Shown: piece after piece, positions 1 through 6,707 of the stretch
Numbering within the stretch: the stretch's first letter is position 1
How the letters are laid out: each line of letters starts with the position of its first letter
Origin: an uncultured Thiomargarita sp.
GTDB taxonomy: Bacteria > Pseudomonadota > Gammaproteobacteria > Beggiatoales > Beggiatoaceae
NCBI GenBank assembly: GCA_964344525.1
Contig: CAYFOB010000038.1
Location: 1 to 15,113 of the forward strand
Length of the DNA stretch: 15,113 nt
Direction of reading: 5' to 3'
Notes under the pieces: model-generated
Told to the model about the DNA's origin: nothing
Databases searched by the model: none
The model's input: the letters and a program-made list of their open reading frames with translations, nothing else
Program-made: the position numbers and the translations under genes

Positions 1-441
1 TAATTTTTTCTTCCTCTTTTTCAAGGGCGAGTTCTTCGGCTTTTTGAGCCAAGCGCAGTTTTTCATCTTTGGCTTGTTTTGCCAAAATAATTTTTTCTTC
101 CTCCAATTCAAGGGCGAGTTCTTCGGCTTTTTGAGCTAAGCGTAGTTTTTCATCTTTGGCTTGTTTTGCCAAAATAATTTTTTCTTCCTCTTTTTCAAGG
201 GCGAGTTCTTCGGCTTTTTGAGCCAAGCGCAGTTTTTCATCTTTGGCTTGTTTTGCCAAAATAATTTTTTCTTCCTCCAATTCAAGGGCGAGTTCTTCGG
301 CTTTTTGAGCTAAGCGTAGTTTTTCATCTTTGGCTTGTTTTGCCAAAATAATTTTTTCTTCCTCTTTTTCAAGGGCGAGTTCTTCGGCTTTTTGAGCCAA
401 GCGAAGTTTTTCATCTTTGGCTTGCTTAGCGAGCTGAATTT
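1..441 (-). repeat. Near-perfect 87-bp tandem repeat (about 5 copies in window, alternating A/B variants giving a 174-bp super-period) inside the coiled-coil coding region of the SPFH protein; probably continues past the left edge
   Basis: gccaaaataa recurs at 81, 168, 255 and 342 (period 87). ttcctctttttcaagg is at 11, 185 and 359, alternating with ttcctccaattcaagg at 98 and 272. ccaagcgcag alternates with ctaagcgtag. The copy from about 355 to 441 starts to diverge (gcgaag, cttgcttagc). The period is 29 codons, so the reading frame is preserved. Confidence 0.9.
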
Positions 442-1633
442 TCTCATTTTCTTGGGTAATGATTAATTCTTCTTCTTTTTTTGTCTGCGTAGTGGTTAAT
501 TCAATGGCTAAATCTTTTTCTTTTTTTGCCAGCTCAATTTTCCGCTCTTCAATAACGAGCGCTAATTCTTCCGTTTTTTGAGCGAGGCGCACTTCCATAT
601 CTTTTTCAACCTGCGCCAGTTGAATAGCCTTATCCTTCTGAATTAAGGCTAATTCTTTCTCTTTTCTCGCTAATTGTGTTTTTTTTTCCTTTTCAATTTG
701 AGCCAAATGAATTTTTTGATCTTCCCAAACAAGGGCTAATTCATCTGCTTTTTCATTCGCCTGTATATCAAAACGTTTTCTATCAGCCAACAGCTTTTCC
801 AGTTCTGGTTCAGGCTGAGGTACGCCCAGAGTCACTTGTATCACGTCAATGCCATAATCTACAAGCGATTTTTTATCTAAACGCTCAATTTCGCCTCGAC
901 TATTTTTAACGGGCACAGTTTTCCATATTTTCAGGTTCGTTGTGGAGTCTGTCGAACCTAACACTGCAACATCCCTGCGTCGAACATCAAATACTTGGCG
1001 TTTGGTTTTATAAATACCATTTTGAAGTTGATCTTCCAGCGCATCTCTAAATTGATTTAAGCCGCCTTGAATAAATTCTTCACCTGTGTACTGGGTTGCG
1101 GTAATGCCCATCACATCTGTAGAAACGGGAATCAACATGGCATCAACCAGCTTCTCATGAGTGGTAAAATCTCGATGAATTCTTTCAAGACGATCTGGTG
1201 CGCTTGGCAGTTTATAACGAAAAGTGGCTGAAATTTGGGCTGTGTAATTATCGGCAAAACGGAGAGTAATCGGCTTTTTATGGCGCCGGATTTGTGCGCC
1301 AGTGAAACCTGTGCCAAAATCAACGATCCAAACTTGTTTGTAACGTGTCACCGATGAAAATGGAACTTTGAAGTGAAATCCCGGCTTTTGGTACACTTCA
1401 AGTTTGCTGGTTAGCATATTGTCATAAAGATAAAGGTAGCCCGATTCTGTTATAAACAAAAATTGGGTTGCTATAAAAAACACTATAAATCCAAAAATGC
1501 CTAGGAAGATCAATAATTTTGCAGGGAAACTAAGGACTTTTTGGGTCATTTTCCGCAAATCCTGATAAAGCATTTTTGGGACTGACTCTTTTGTTTCTCC
1601 CTTTTGAGGTATAACATCTTCTTGAAACGACAT
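1..1633 (-). CDS. SPFH/band-7 (flotillin-like) membrane protein; N-terminus in window, C-terminus runs off left edge; C-terminal coiled coil made of 29-aa tandem repeats
   Basis: Reverse-strand ORF starts at ATG (plus 1633..1631) with GGAG 7 nt upstream. I translated it codon by codon to position 1 with no stop (MSFQEDVIPQKGETKESVPKMLYQDL...). It has an N-terminal hydrophobic helix (LLIFLGIFGFIVFFIATQFLFI), then an SPFH-type core (YQKPGFHFKVPFSSVTRYKQVWIVDFG...ITLRFADNYTAQISATFRYKLP), then a long E/K/A/L-rich coiled coil (LAQIEKEKKTQLARKEKELALIQKDKAIQLAQ...) ending in the repeat block KQAKDEKLRLAQKAEELALEKEEEKIILA. It is absent from the supplied ORF track only because no stop codon lies inside the window. 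Confidence 0.8.
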   Translation of the reverse strand, partial: MSFQEDVIPQKGETKESVPKMLYQDLRKMTQKVLSFPAKLLIFLGIFGFIVFFIATQFLFITESGYLYLYDNMLTSKLEVYQKPGFHFKVPFSSVTRYKQVWIVDFGTGFTGAQIRRHKKPITLRFADNYTAQISATFRYKLPSAPDRLERIHRDFTTHEKLVDAMLIPVSTDVMGITATQYTGEEFIQGGLNQFRDALEDQLQNGIYKTKRQVFDVRRRDVAVLGSTDSTTNLKIWKTVPVKNSRGEIERLDKKSLVDYGIDVIQVTLGVPQPEPELEKLLADRKRFDIQANEKADELALVWEDQKIHLAQIEKEKKTQLARKEKELALIQKDKAIQLAQVEKDMEVRLAQKTEELALVIEERKIELAKKEKDLAIELTTTQTKKEEELIITQENEKIQLAKQAKDEKLRLAQKAEELALEKEEEKIILAKQAKDEKLRLAQKAEELALELEEEKIILAKQAKDEKLRLAQKAEELALEKEEEKIILAKQAKDEKLRLAQKAEELALELEEEKIILAKQAKDEKLRLAQKAEELALEKEEEKI

Positions 1634-1700
1634 GTTGCGCTCCTATAATTGTATCAAAAAATCTCATTTTAAATGATTATTACGGTTTTTTCAATCGCAC

Positions 1701-1730
1701 TTGACATTTTTTTTGGAGTCCCGTTAAAAT
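1701..1730 (+). promoter_or_regulatory. Sigma70-like promoter upstream of the cobalamin riboswitch (-35 TTGACA 1701-1706, 18-nt spacer, -10 TAAAAT 1725-1730)
   Basis: Consensus -35 hexamer and near-consensus -10, with an AT-rich spacer, immediately 5' of the riboswitch conserved core. Confidence 0.55.
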
Positions 1731-1736
1731 TGCTCA

Positions 1737-1905
1737 CCTTGTTTAGGTGCTCAACGAGATAAACGGGAAATCGGTGCAAGCCCGATACTGCCCCCGCAAC
1801 GGTAAATAAGTTAAGGCCAATCATTTTAATTAAGTCACTGCGCTTGGCGTGGGAAGGCGATTGGTTTATGTGCAGATATGCCAGCTTATGAGTCCGGATA
1901 CCGGC
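1737..1905 (+). promoter_or_regulatory. Cobalamin (AdoCbl/B12) riboswitch in the btuB leader
   Basis: Conserved aptamer core AAACGGGAAATCGGTGCAAGCCCGATACTGCCCCCGCAACGGTAA (1760-1804) matches the cobalamin riboswitch consensus GGGAA..GGTG.AA.CC...C.G.CCCGC.AC.GTAA. Downstream are a B12-box-like GTCACTG (about 1836-1842) and GGGAAGGC (about 1851-1858). A roughly 110-nt expression platform follows, containing a pyrimidine tract (TTCTTTCCTCTGC, about 1971-1983) that could pair with the SD GAGGAG at 2002-2007. Boundaries are approximate. Confidence 0.75.
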
Positions 1906-2015
1906 CTAAACATTTTTTGATGTGTGTCGCGGAGGGCGACGGGCATGCAGGCGCTTGTGCCTGTTTGTCATTCTTTCCTCTGCAATTTATTTTACATGTG
2001 AGGAGAAAATCCATC

Positions 2016-3833
2016 TTGAATTATTTTCCCCGATTGACCAGCCTATTGTTATTTGTTGTTATTTGTCCATTCTCAAAAGCTGCTGAAGAGCCCCTGTCAG
2101 AGGTTGTCGTCACTGCAACCCGCACTACCCAAACGACGGATAGTTTGCTTTCATCAGTCACCGTGCTTACCCGCGAGGATATTGACAATAGTCGCGCACT
2201 CACTTTGCCCGATATTTTGCGCAGTGTGCCTGGTTTAGATATTACCACGAATGGTGGTTTAGGTAAAACAACATCTGTATTTATGCGCGGCACCAATTCT
2301 GATCATGTTTTGGTGTTGGTGGATGGGGTTAAAATCGGTTCAGCGACTGCGGGTGCGGCAACATTTGAGCATTTGCCCTTGTCACACATTGAGCGCATTG
2401 AAATTGTGCGCGGTCCCCGTTCTAGTTTATATGGCTCTGAGGCTATTGGTGGCGTAATACAGATTTTTACCCGTCGAGGCAAGGGTAAAAAAACAAATGT
2501 GAGCCTTAGCGGTGGCATTGGTGAGGATAATACTTCTCAATTAACTGCCGGGTTGTCGGGCTCTATTAATAATAGTTGGTATAGTTTCTATGCTGATTAT
2601 TTAGAGACGGATGGCTTTGATGTTTATCAGGGCATAGAGCCTGATGATGATGGTTATGATAATACCTCGTATAGTGCACGCTTGGGTCATCGCTTTGGGA
2701 ATGTGATCAATCTTGAGGTCCATGCGCTGCGAGCGCAAGGGCATAACAAATATGATTCTACTGATCCCACTTATCCGAGTAATAACGAGGAGGATTTTTT
2801 ACAGCAAGTCTTTGGTTTAAAAACAGAGATTTTTGTCAACGATTGGTGGCAAATGATTTTGAATGGGGGTAAAAGCTTTGATGAAACCGATAATTTTGGT
2901 AATACTGCGCCAAAATCCTTTTTTCATACCCATCGCAAAACGGCGTCTTTTCAAAATGATTTTTTGTTTTCGGGTAACAATATATTGACAATCGGTTATG
3001 ACTACCAAAAGGATGAGGTGGGTAGTAGTGAAGCTTTTGCGGTGGATTCCCGTGAGAATCATGGTTTATTTGTGGAATATCAAACTCAGTTGGGTTCTGT
3101 TAATTTGATAGGGGGCTTACGCCAAGAAGATAATGATCAGTTTGGTGATCACACAACAGGTAATATCGCCTTAGGTTATGCGCTTGCTCCAACAAAACGT
3201 TTTGTTATTTCTTATGGGACAGCCTTTAAGGCGCCTGCATTTAATGAGTTGTATTATCCAAACTATGGTAATCCTAATATTGTCCCTGAGGAGTCTGAAA
3301 GTGTTGAAATTGGTTTAATGGGTGAACAAGCCAATTATCGATGGTCGTTGAATGCCTACCGCACTAAGATTGATAAGTTGATTGCTACCAACTTTGATCC
3401 AGCAACAAGCAAGTATTTTGCTGATAATATCAACAAAGCAAAAATCAAGGGTATAGAATATTTCTTGGAATTGCGCGATGGTGGTTGGGAATTTAATGCG
3501 ACGGCTTCTTGGTTAAAGCCCGAAGATGATACAACAGGCAAAATATTACCACGCCGCGCAGAAAAAAGTGCACGGGTTGAATTGGCGGAAAGACGGGGGC
3601 GTGCGCGTTTAGGAATCAGTTGGTTAATCCAAGGTGACCGTTATGACGATGCGCCTAATACTCAACGTTTAGAGGGTTATGAGATATGGAATCTCGCGGG
3701 TGATTATTTTTTCGACAAGCATTGGTTTTTGCGTTTTCGTGTGGAAAATGTGGGTGATGAAAAATATGAAACCGCCCGTTTTTATAATACAGCAGGACGG
3801 TTTTGGTTTACGAGTCTTCATTATCAGTATTAA
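2016..3833 (+). CDS. btuB: TonB-dependent outer-membrane receptor, vitamin B12/cobalamin transporter BtuB family
   Basis: Signal peptide (NYFPRLTSLLLFVVICPFSKA/AEE), TonB-box-like EVVVTATR, plug-domain motifs (IEIVRGPRSSLYGSEAIGGVIQIFTR), a long beta-barrel region, and the C-terminal aromatic terminus (...FTSLHYQY) typical of TonB-dependent receptors. It lies directly downstream of a cobalamin riboswitch. Start is placed at TTG 2016 (SD AGGAG 2001-2005, 10-nt spacing). An in-frame GTG at 1998 (MRRKSILNYF...) is an alternative. The ORF-track start at 1878 would translate the riboswitch and is rejected. Confidence 0.85.
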   Translation: MNYFPRLTSLLLFVVICPFSKAAEEPLSEVVVTATRTTQTTDSLLSSVTVLTREDIDNSRALTLPDILRSVPGLDITTNGGLGKTTSVFMRGTNSDHVLVLVDGVKIGSATAGAATFEHLPLSHIERIEIVRGPRSSLYGSEAIGGVIQIFTRRGKGKKTNVSLSGGIGEDNTSQLTAGLSGSINNSWYSFYADYLETDGFDVYQGIEPDDDGYDNTSYSARLGHRFGNVINLEVHALRAQGHNKYDSTDPTYPSNNEEDFLQQVFGLKTEIFVNDWWQMILNGGKSFDETDNFGNTAPKSFFHTHRKTASFQNDFLFSGNNILTIGYDYQKDEVGSSEAFAVDSRENHGLFVEYQTQLGSVNLIGGLRQEDNDQFGDHTTGNIALGYALAPTKRFVISYGTAFKAPAFNELYYPNYGNPNIVPEESESVEIGLMGEQANYRWSLNAYRTKIDKLIATNFDPATSKYFADNINKAKIKGIEYFLELRDGGWEFNATASWLKPEDDTTGKILPRRAEKSARVELAERRGRARLGISWLIQGDRYDDAPNTQRLEGYEIWNLAGDYFFDKHWFLRFRVENVGDEKYETARFYNTAGRFWFTSLHYQY

Positions 3834-3872
3834 GCGCTTTTTTTGTTTGAATCAATATTTTTAGAATAAATG

Positions 3873-3928
3873 CCTTATCACCTATTACGTCAAATTGTTT
3901 GGCAAAATATCACAATAGGTGATAAGGA
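3873..3928. repeat. 14-bp perfect inverted repeat (CCTTATCACCTATT ... AATAGGTGATAAGG) with a 28-nt spacer, between btuB and the next gene
   Basis: Arms at 3873-3886 and 3915-3928 are exact reverse complements. It lies 40 nt after the btuB stop and about 75 nt before the ATG at 4004. Confidence 0.6.
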
Positions 3929-4003
3929 TAAAATAAATATTTGAGGTTTTATTCTGTTTCTTGTCAAATTTTTTTGATTCAAACAATTTTTCGGAGAAAA
4001 ACA

Positions 4004-4732
4004 ATGCTTGATACCTTTCGGATTTATACAGAGCTCAAAGAAGGCATGGAAGCCGCAGCTGCAGAAAAAATAGCCAGTATGATAGGCTTGCTATATGATG
4101 AGCTGCGCCAAAGCGTCACCAAAAATGAGTTTAATGACTTAAAAGCTGTTGTTAAGGATTTGGCTGAGGCTCAAAAAGTCACAGAAATGCGATTAGCAGA
4201 GTTGGGTGTGGCTCAAAAAGCCAGCGAAAAACGATTAACACGCCTTGAAGAAGTTATTACAGAGTTGGGGGATACCCAAAATCGATTAGCCAAAGCTCAA
4301 GAAAAAACGGAAAAAACCGTTCAGCAATTGGCTAGACAAGTCGGTGGTTTAAGTGATGTGGTGGGTGGCGATTTAGAAGAGATTGCCTATATTGTGTTGC
4401 ATGACGTGTTAAAACGAGAATTGGGTTGGCAAGTCGGTGTTCTTGAACGAGCCTGGCAAACTTGGGGACAAGAACCAGAGGAGGTAGATATTTTTGGTCA
4501 AGCAAACGATCCAAAAGAACCCAGTAAAACCATTTGGATTGTTGGTGAAGCCAAACACAATATTTCTATAAAAGAGGTGAAAAAGTTCATCAAGCAAGTT
4601 GAACGGGCGCGAGAACATTTAAGCTGTGAAATTTTTCCCGTTGTTTTTTGCTATCGCGCTCGTCCAGAAGTACAACAAATGATTATTGATAGTGGTATTC
4701 GGTTGGTTTTTTCTTATGGTAAATTGTTGTAA
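4004..4732 (+). CDS. Hypothetical protein: N-terminal coiled coil (about 130 aa) plus a C-terminal PD-(D/E)xK-like (restriction-endonuclease-fold) module
   Basis: ATG at 4004 has GGAG (3993-3996) 7 nt upstream; the track's longer start at 3941 has no RBS. The coiled coil contains degenerate 15-residue repeats (AEAQKVTEMRLAELG / VAQKASEKRLTRLEE / LGDTQNRLAKAQEKT). The C-terminal segment has D...E.K spacing (VDIFGQANDP ... IWIVGEAKHNI) followed by a helix (KKFIKQVERAREHL), typical of the PD-(D/E)xK core. The family assignment is from pattern only. Confidence 0.65.
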   Translation: MLDTFRIYTELKEGMEAAAAEKIASMIGLLYDELRQSVTKNEFNDLKAVVKDLAEAQKVTEMRLAELGVAQKASEKRLTRLEEVITELGDTQNRLAKAQEKTEKTVQQLARQVGGLSDVVGGDLEEIAYIVLHDVLKRELGWQVGVLERAWQTWGQEPEEVDIFGQANDPKEPSKTIWIVGEAKHNISIKEVKKFIKQVERAREHLSCEIFPVVFCYRARPEVQQMIIDSGIRLVFSYGKLL

Positions 4733-4834
4733 TTTTCCTTCATGCCCAAGATTCCAAAAAGCCTATTTCCATGCATGCATAAATAAATATGGCAACGAAC
4801 CAAATCCTCCTATAGTTTTTCATAGAAATTTACC

Positions 4835-4867
4835 AGAAACCAGGTTTTTGGCAAAAGCCTGGTTTCT
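4835..4867 (+). terminator. Hairpin AGAAACCAGG-(13 nt)-CCTGGTTTCT; possible terminator or attenuator between the PD-(D/E)xK gene and the sensor gene
   Basis: 10-bp perfect stem (4835-4844 / 4858-4867). The U-tract is displaced (ATGAAATCATTTTT), so it is weak as an intrinsic terminator. Confidence 0.3.
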
Positions 4868-4916
4868 ATGAAATCATTTTTCTGAACATCTATTAGTAAA
4901 AACCAAAATCAATATT

Positions 4917-6611
4917 ATGTCTATAAAAAAACTACTTATTATCAGCTATTTTTTTATCATTTTCGGTATTCTCATTTTGGGCATGCTCAGTATTTTGTTG
5001 GTCCAAAATGATAAGGCACTCGCCGCCAAACAAGAGCAACGTTATCAGTCCAACTTGCTTGCTGATCAACTTCGACAAAGTTCTGATGATTTGACGAGAT
5101 TAGCCAGGACTTATGTTGTCACAGGGGATGCGCAATACGAAAACATGTATTGGGATATCCTTGCGATACGAAATGGCGAAAAAGCACGCCCTCAGCACTA
5201 TGATCGGATTTATTGGGATTTAGTGCTCACTTATGGCGATAAACCACGTCCTGATGGTGAAACGATTTCCCTACAAGAATTGATGAAAAGGACAGGTTTT
5301 ACTGAAGCTGAATTTGCCAAATTACGCGAAGCCCAAAACAACTCAGATGGATTGGTAACCACCGAAACGATTGCCATGAATGCCGTTAAAGGTTTGTATG
5401 ATGATGGCACCGGCAATTATGTTAAAAAAGGTGAGCCCGATTTTGAAATGGCAAGGCGCATTATGCATGATGTGCAGTACCATCAGGATAAAGCTGCTAT
5501 TATGAAGCCCATTGATGAATTTTTTGAGTTACTTGATGAGCGCACCAAAGGGCTAGTCCAATATCATGCCAAAAAAGCTGATTTTTTGTTTTTTCTTATA
5601 CAAATCGTAGTGCTGTTGCTAATCGTTTTTTCCGTTTTGATTGGCATTTTTGTAACCAAGCAAATTTTGAAACAAGTTGGTGGTGAACCGACTAAAATTG
5701 CTCGAATGACTAAACAAGTGGCGAGTGGGCAATTGGATGTACAGTTTGAATCACAATCAGCCACTGGTATTTATGCTGATGTGCAAACAATGGTTAATAA
5801 TCTCAAGCTGGTTATTAAAGATATTATCCAAGTGTCTGAAGGATTAGCTAAGGGTAATCTTCGTGTCACACCACAAGCAGAATATCAAGGCAATTTTGTC
5901 CAGATAAAAAATGCCCTAGAAACCGCTTTATCCAACCAACAACGGGTGGTTGAAGACATTGTTCAAGTTTCTCAAGGATTGGCAGCGGGTAAACATGTAA
6001 TTGCCCATGCAGAATACCAAGGAGATTTTGTGCAAATTAAGGAAACCTTAGAAACCGCTTCTCTCAAATTGGCAGAAGCAACAGCACAAAATGTTAAGCA
6101 AGATTGGTTGAAAACAGGGCAAGCGCAGTTAAGTGAATTGATGAGTGGCGAACAGGAAATGACAGAGCTTGCTAAGAGAATTATTACTTTTTTGACGACT
6201 TATGTCGATGCGCAGGTGGGATTATTTTATTTGCTAACGGATGGGGATTCTCTGCAAGTCATTGCGAGTTACGCTTACAGTGACAATTTATCCAACCAAT
6301 TTAAAGTTGGAGAAGGTTTGGTTGGAGAAGCGGCTTTGGAACAAAAAATGCTTATTCGTACCCACACCCCCGAAGAATTTAAACACATTACGCAGTCAGG
6401 CGTTGTTATGGCGATTCCCCGTCATGTCATTATTATTCCATTTTTGTACGAAAAAAGTGTGAAAGGTGTGATTGAAATCGGTTTTTCTAATCAGGAATCA
6501 ACGAAGCTTCAACAGGATTTCATACAGCAGGTGATGCCAAGTCTTGGCATTGCGATCAATACTGCTCAGTCGCGTAATCAGATGCAACGGCTTTTAAAGG
6601 GGGATGATTAA
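4917..6611 (+). CDS. Membrane sensor protein: TM - periplasmic CHASE3-like domain - TM - two HAMP-like units - GAF domain; no recognisable output domain
   Basis: TM1 is aa 5-29 (LLIISYFFIIFGILILGMLSILLV). The periplasmic region of about 190 aa has a CHASE3-like motif (LARTYVVTGDAQYENMYWD, compare the CHASE3 RGYLLTGD..YLEPY). TM2 is FLFFLIQIVVLLLIVFSVLIGIFV. There are two HAMP AS-2-like repeats (AKGNLRVTPQAEYQGNFVQIKNALETA and AAGKHVIAHAEYQGDFVQIKETLETA). A C-terminal GAF-like fold follows (ITFLTTYVDAQVGLFYLL...GEGLVGEAALEQKMLIRTH...). The protein ends at the stop at 6609-6611, directly followed by a terminator. Confidence 0.8.
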   Translation: MSIKKLLIISYFFIIFGILILGMLSILLVQNDKALAAKQEQRYQSNLLADQLRQSSDDLTRLARTYVVTGDAQYENMYWDILAIRNGEKARPQHYDRIYWDLVLTYGDKPRPDGETISLQELMKRTGFTEAEFAKLREAQNNSDGLVTTETIAMNAVKGLYDDGTGNYVKKGEPDFEMARRIMHDVQYHQDKAAIMKPIDEFFELLDERTKGLVQYHAKKADFLFFLIQIVVLLLIVFSVLIGIFVTKQILKQVGGEPTKIARMTKQVASGQLDVQFESQSATGIYADVQTMVNNLKLVIKDIIQVSEGLAKGNLRVTPQAEYQGNFVQIKNALETALSNQQRVVEDIVQVSQGLAAGKHVIAHAEYQGDFVQIKETLETASLKLAEATAQNVKQDWLKTGQAQLSELMSGEQEMTELAKRIITFLTTYVDAQVGLFYLLTDGDSLQVIASYAYSDNLSNQFKVGEGLVGEAALEQKMLIRTHTPEEFKHITQSGVVMAIPRHVIIIPFLYEKSVKGVIEIGFSNQESTKLQQDFIQQVMPSLGIAINTAQSRNQMQRLLKGDD

Positions 6612-6613
6612 AC

Positions 6614-6664
6614 TCTACAGCAAGGCGGAGTGGTGCGGAAATTTTTCTTGCTGTAGAGTTTTTC
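6614..6664 (+). terminator. Rho-independent terminator after the sensor gene
   Basis: CTCTACAGCAAG (6614-6625) pairs with CTTGCTGTAGAG (6647-6658) as a 12-bp perfect stem with a 21-nt loop, followed by TTTTT (6659-6663). Confidence 0.6.
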
Positions 6665-6707
6665 AGAGAAATATTGTTAACTATCTCAACAAAACAGGTA
6701 TCTTGCT

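Noticed and set aside
1-441. Possible CRISPR array suggested by regularly spaced near-identical repeats
   Set aside because: The units are contiguous 87-bp tandem copies with no unique spacers. They are in frame and encode a 29-aa coiled-coil repeat of a larger CDS.
676-909. Plus-strand 77-aa ORF, plus the other small track ORFs (1132..1323-, 2021..2296-, 2053..2238+, 2303..2518-, 2817..3062-, 3356..3541-, 3679..3864+, 4332..4514-, 4409..4618-, 4686..4871+, 5231..5416-, 5564..5764-, 6241..6462+, 7141..8169 set, 8750..8968-, 9740..10103 set, 10617..10832+, 11015..11197+, 12209..12403+, 12582..12764+, 14423..14674+, 14498..14752-)
   Set aside because: All lie inside or antisense to long, well-supported CDSs. 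They are low-complexity shadow ORFs without RBSs.
1878-2015. N-terminal extension of the track ORF 1878..3833 (MPAYESGYRPKHFLMCVAEGDGHAGACACLSFFPLQFILHV...)
   Set aside because: This stretch is the cobalamin riboswitch expression platform. It has no RBS and an odd composition, and a proper signal peptide begins only at GTG 1998 / TTG 2016.
3941-4003. Upstream ATG start (MRFYSVSCQIFLIQTIFRRKT) for the coiled-coil/PD-(D/E)xK gene
   Set aside because: It has no SD sequence, whereas the ATG at 4004 has GGAG at 7-nt spacing; the extension is also hydrophobic and T-rich.
6664-6707. Promoter for MVP (TTGTTA ... GGTATC)
   Set aside because: The -10 candidate is too poor to call. MVP probably has a promoter I cannot pin down by eye.
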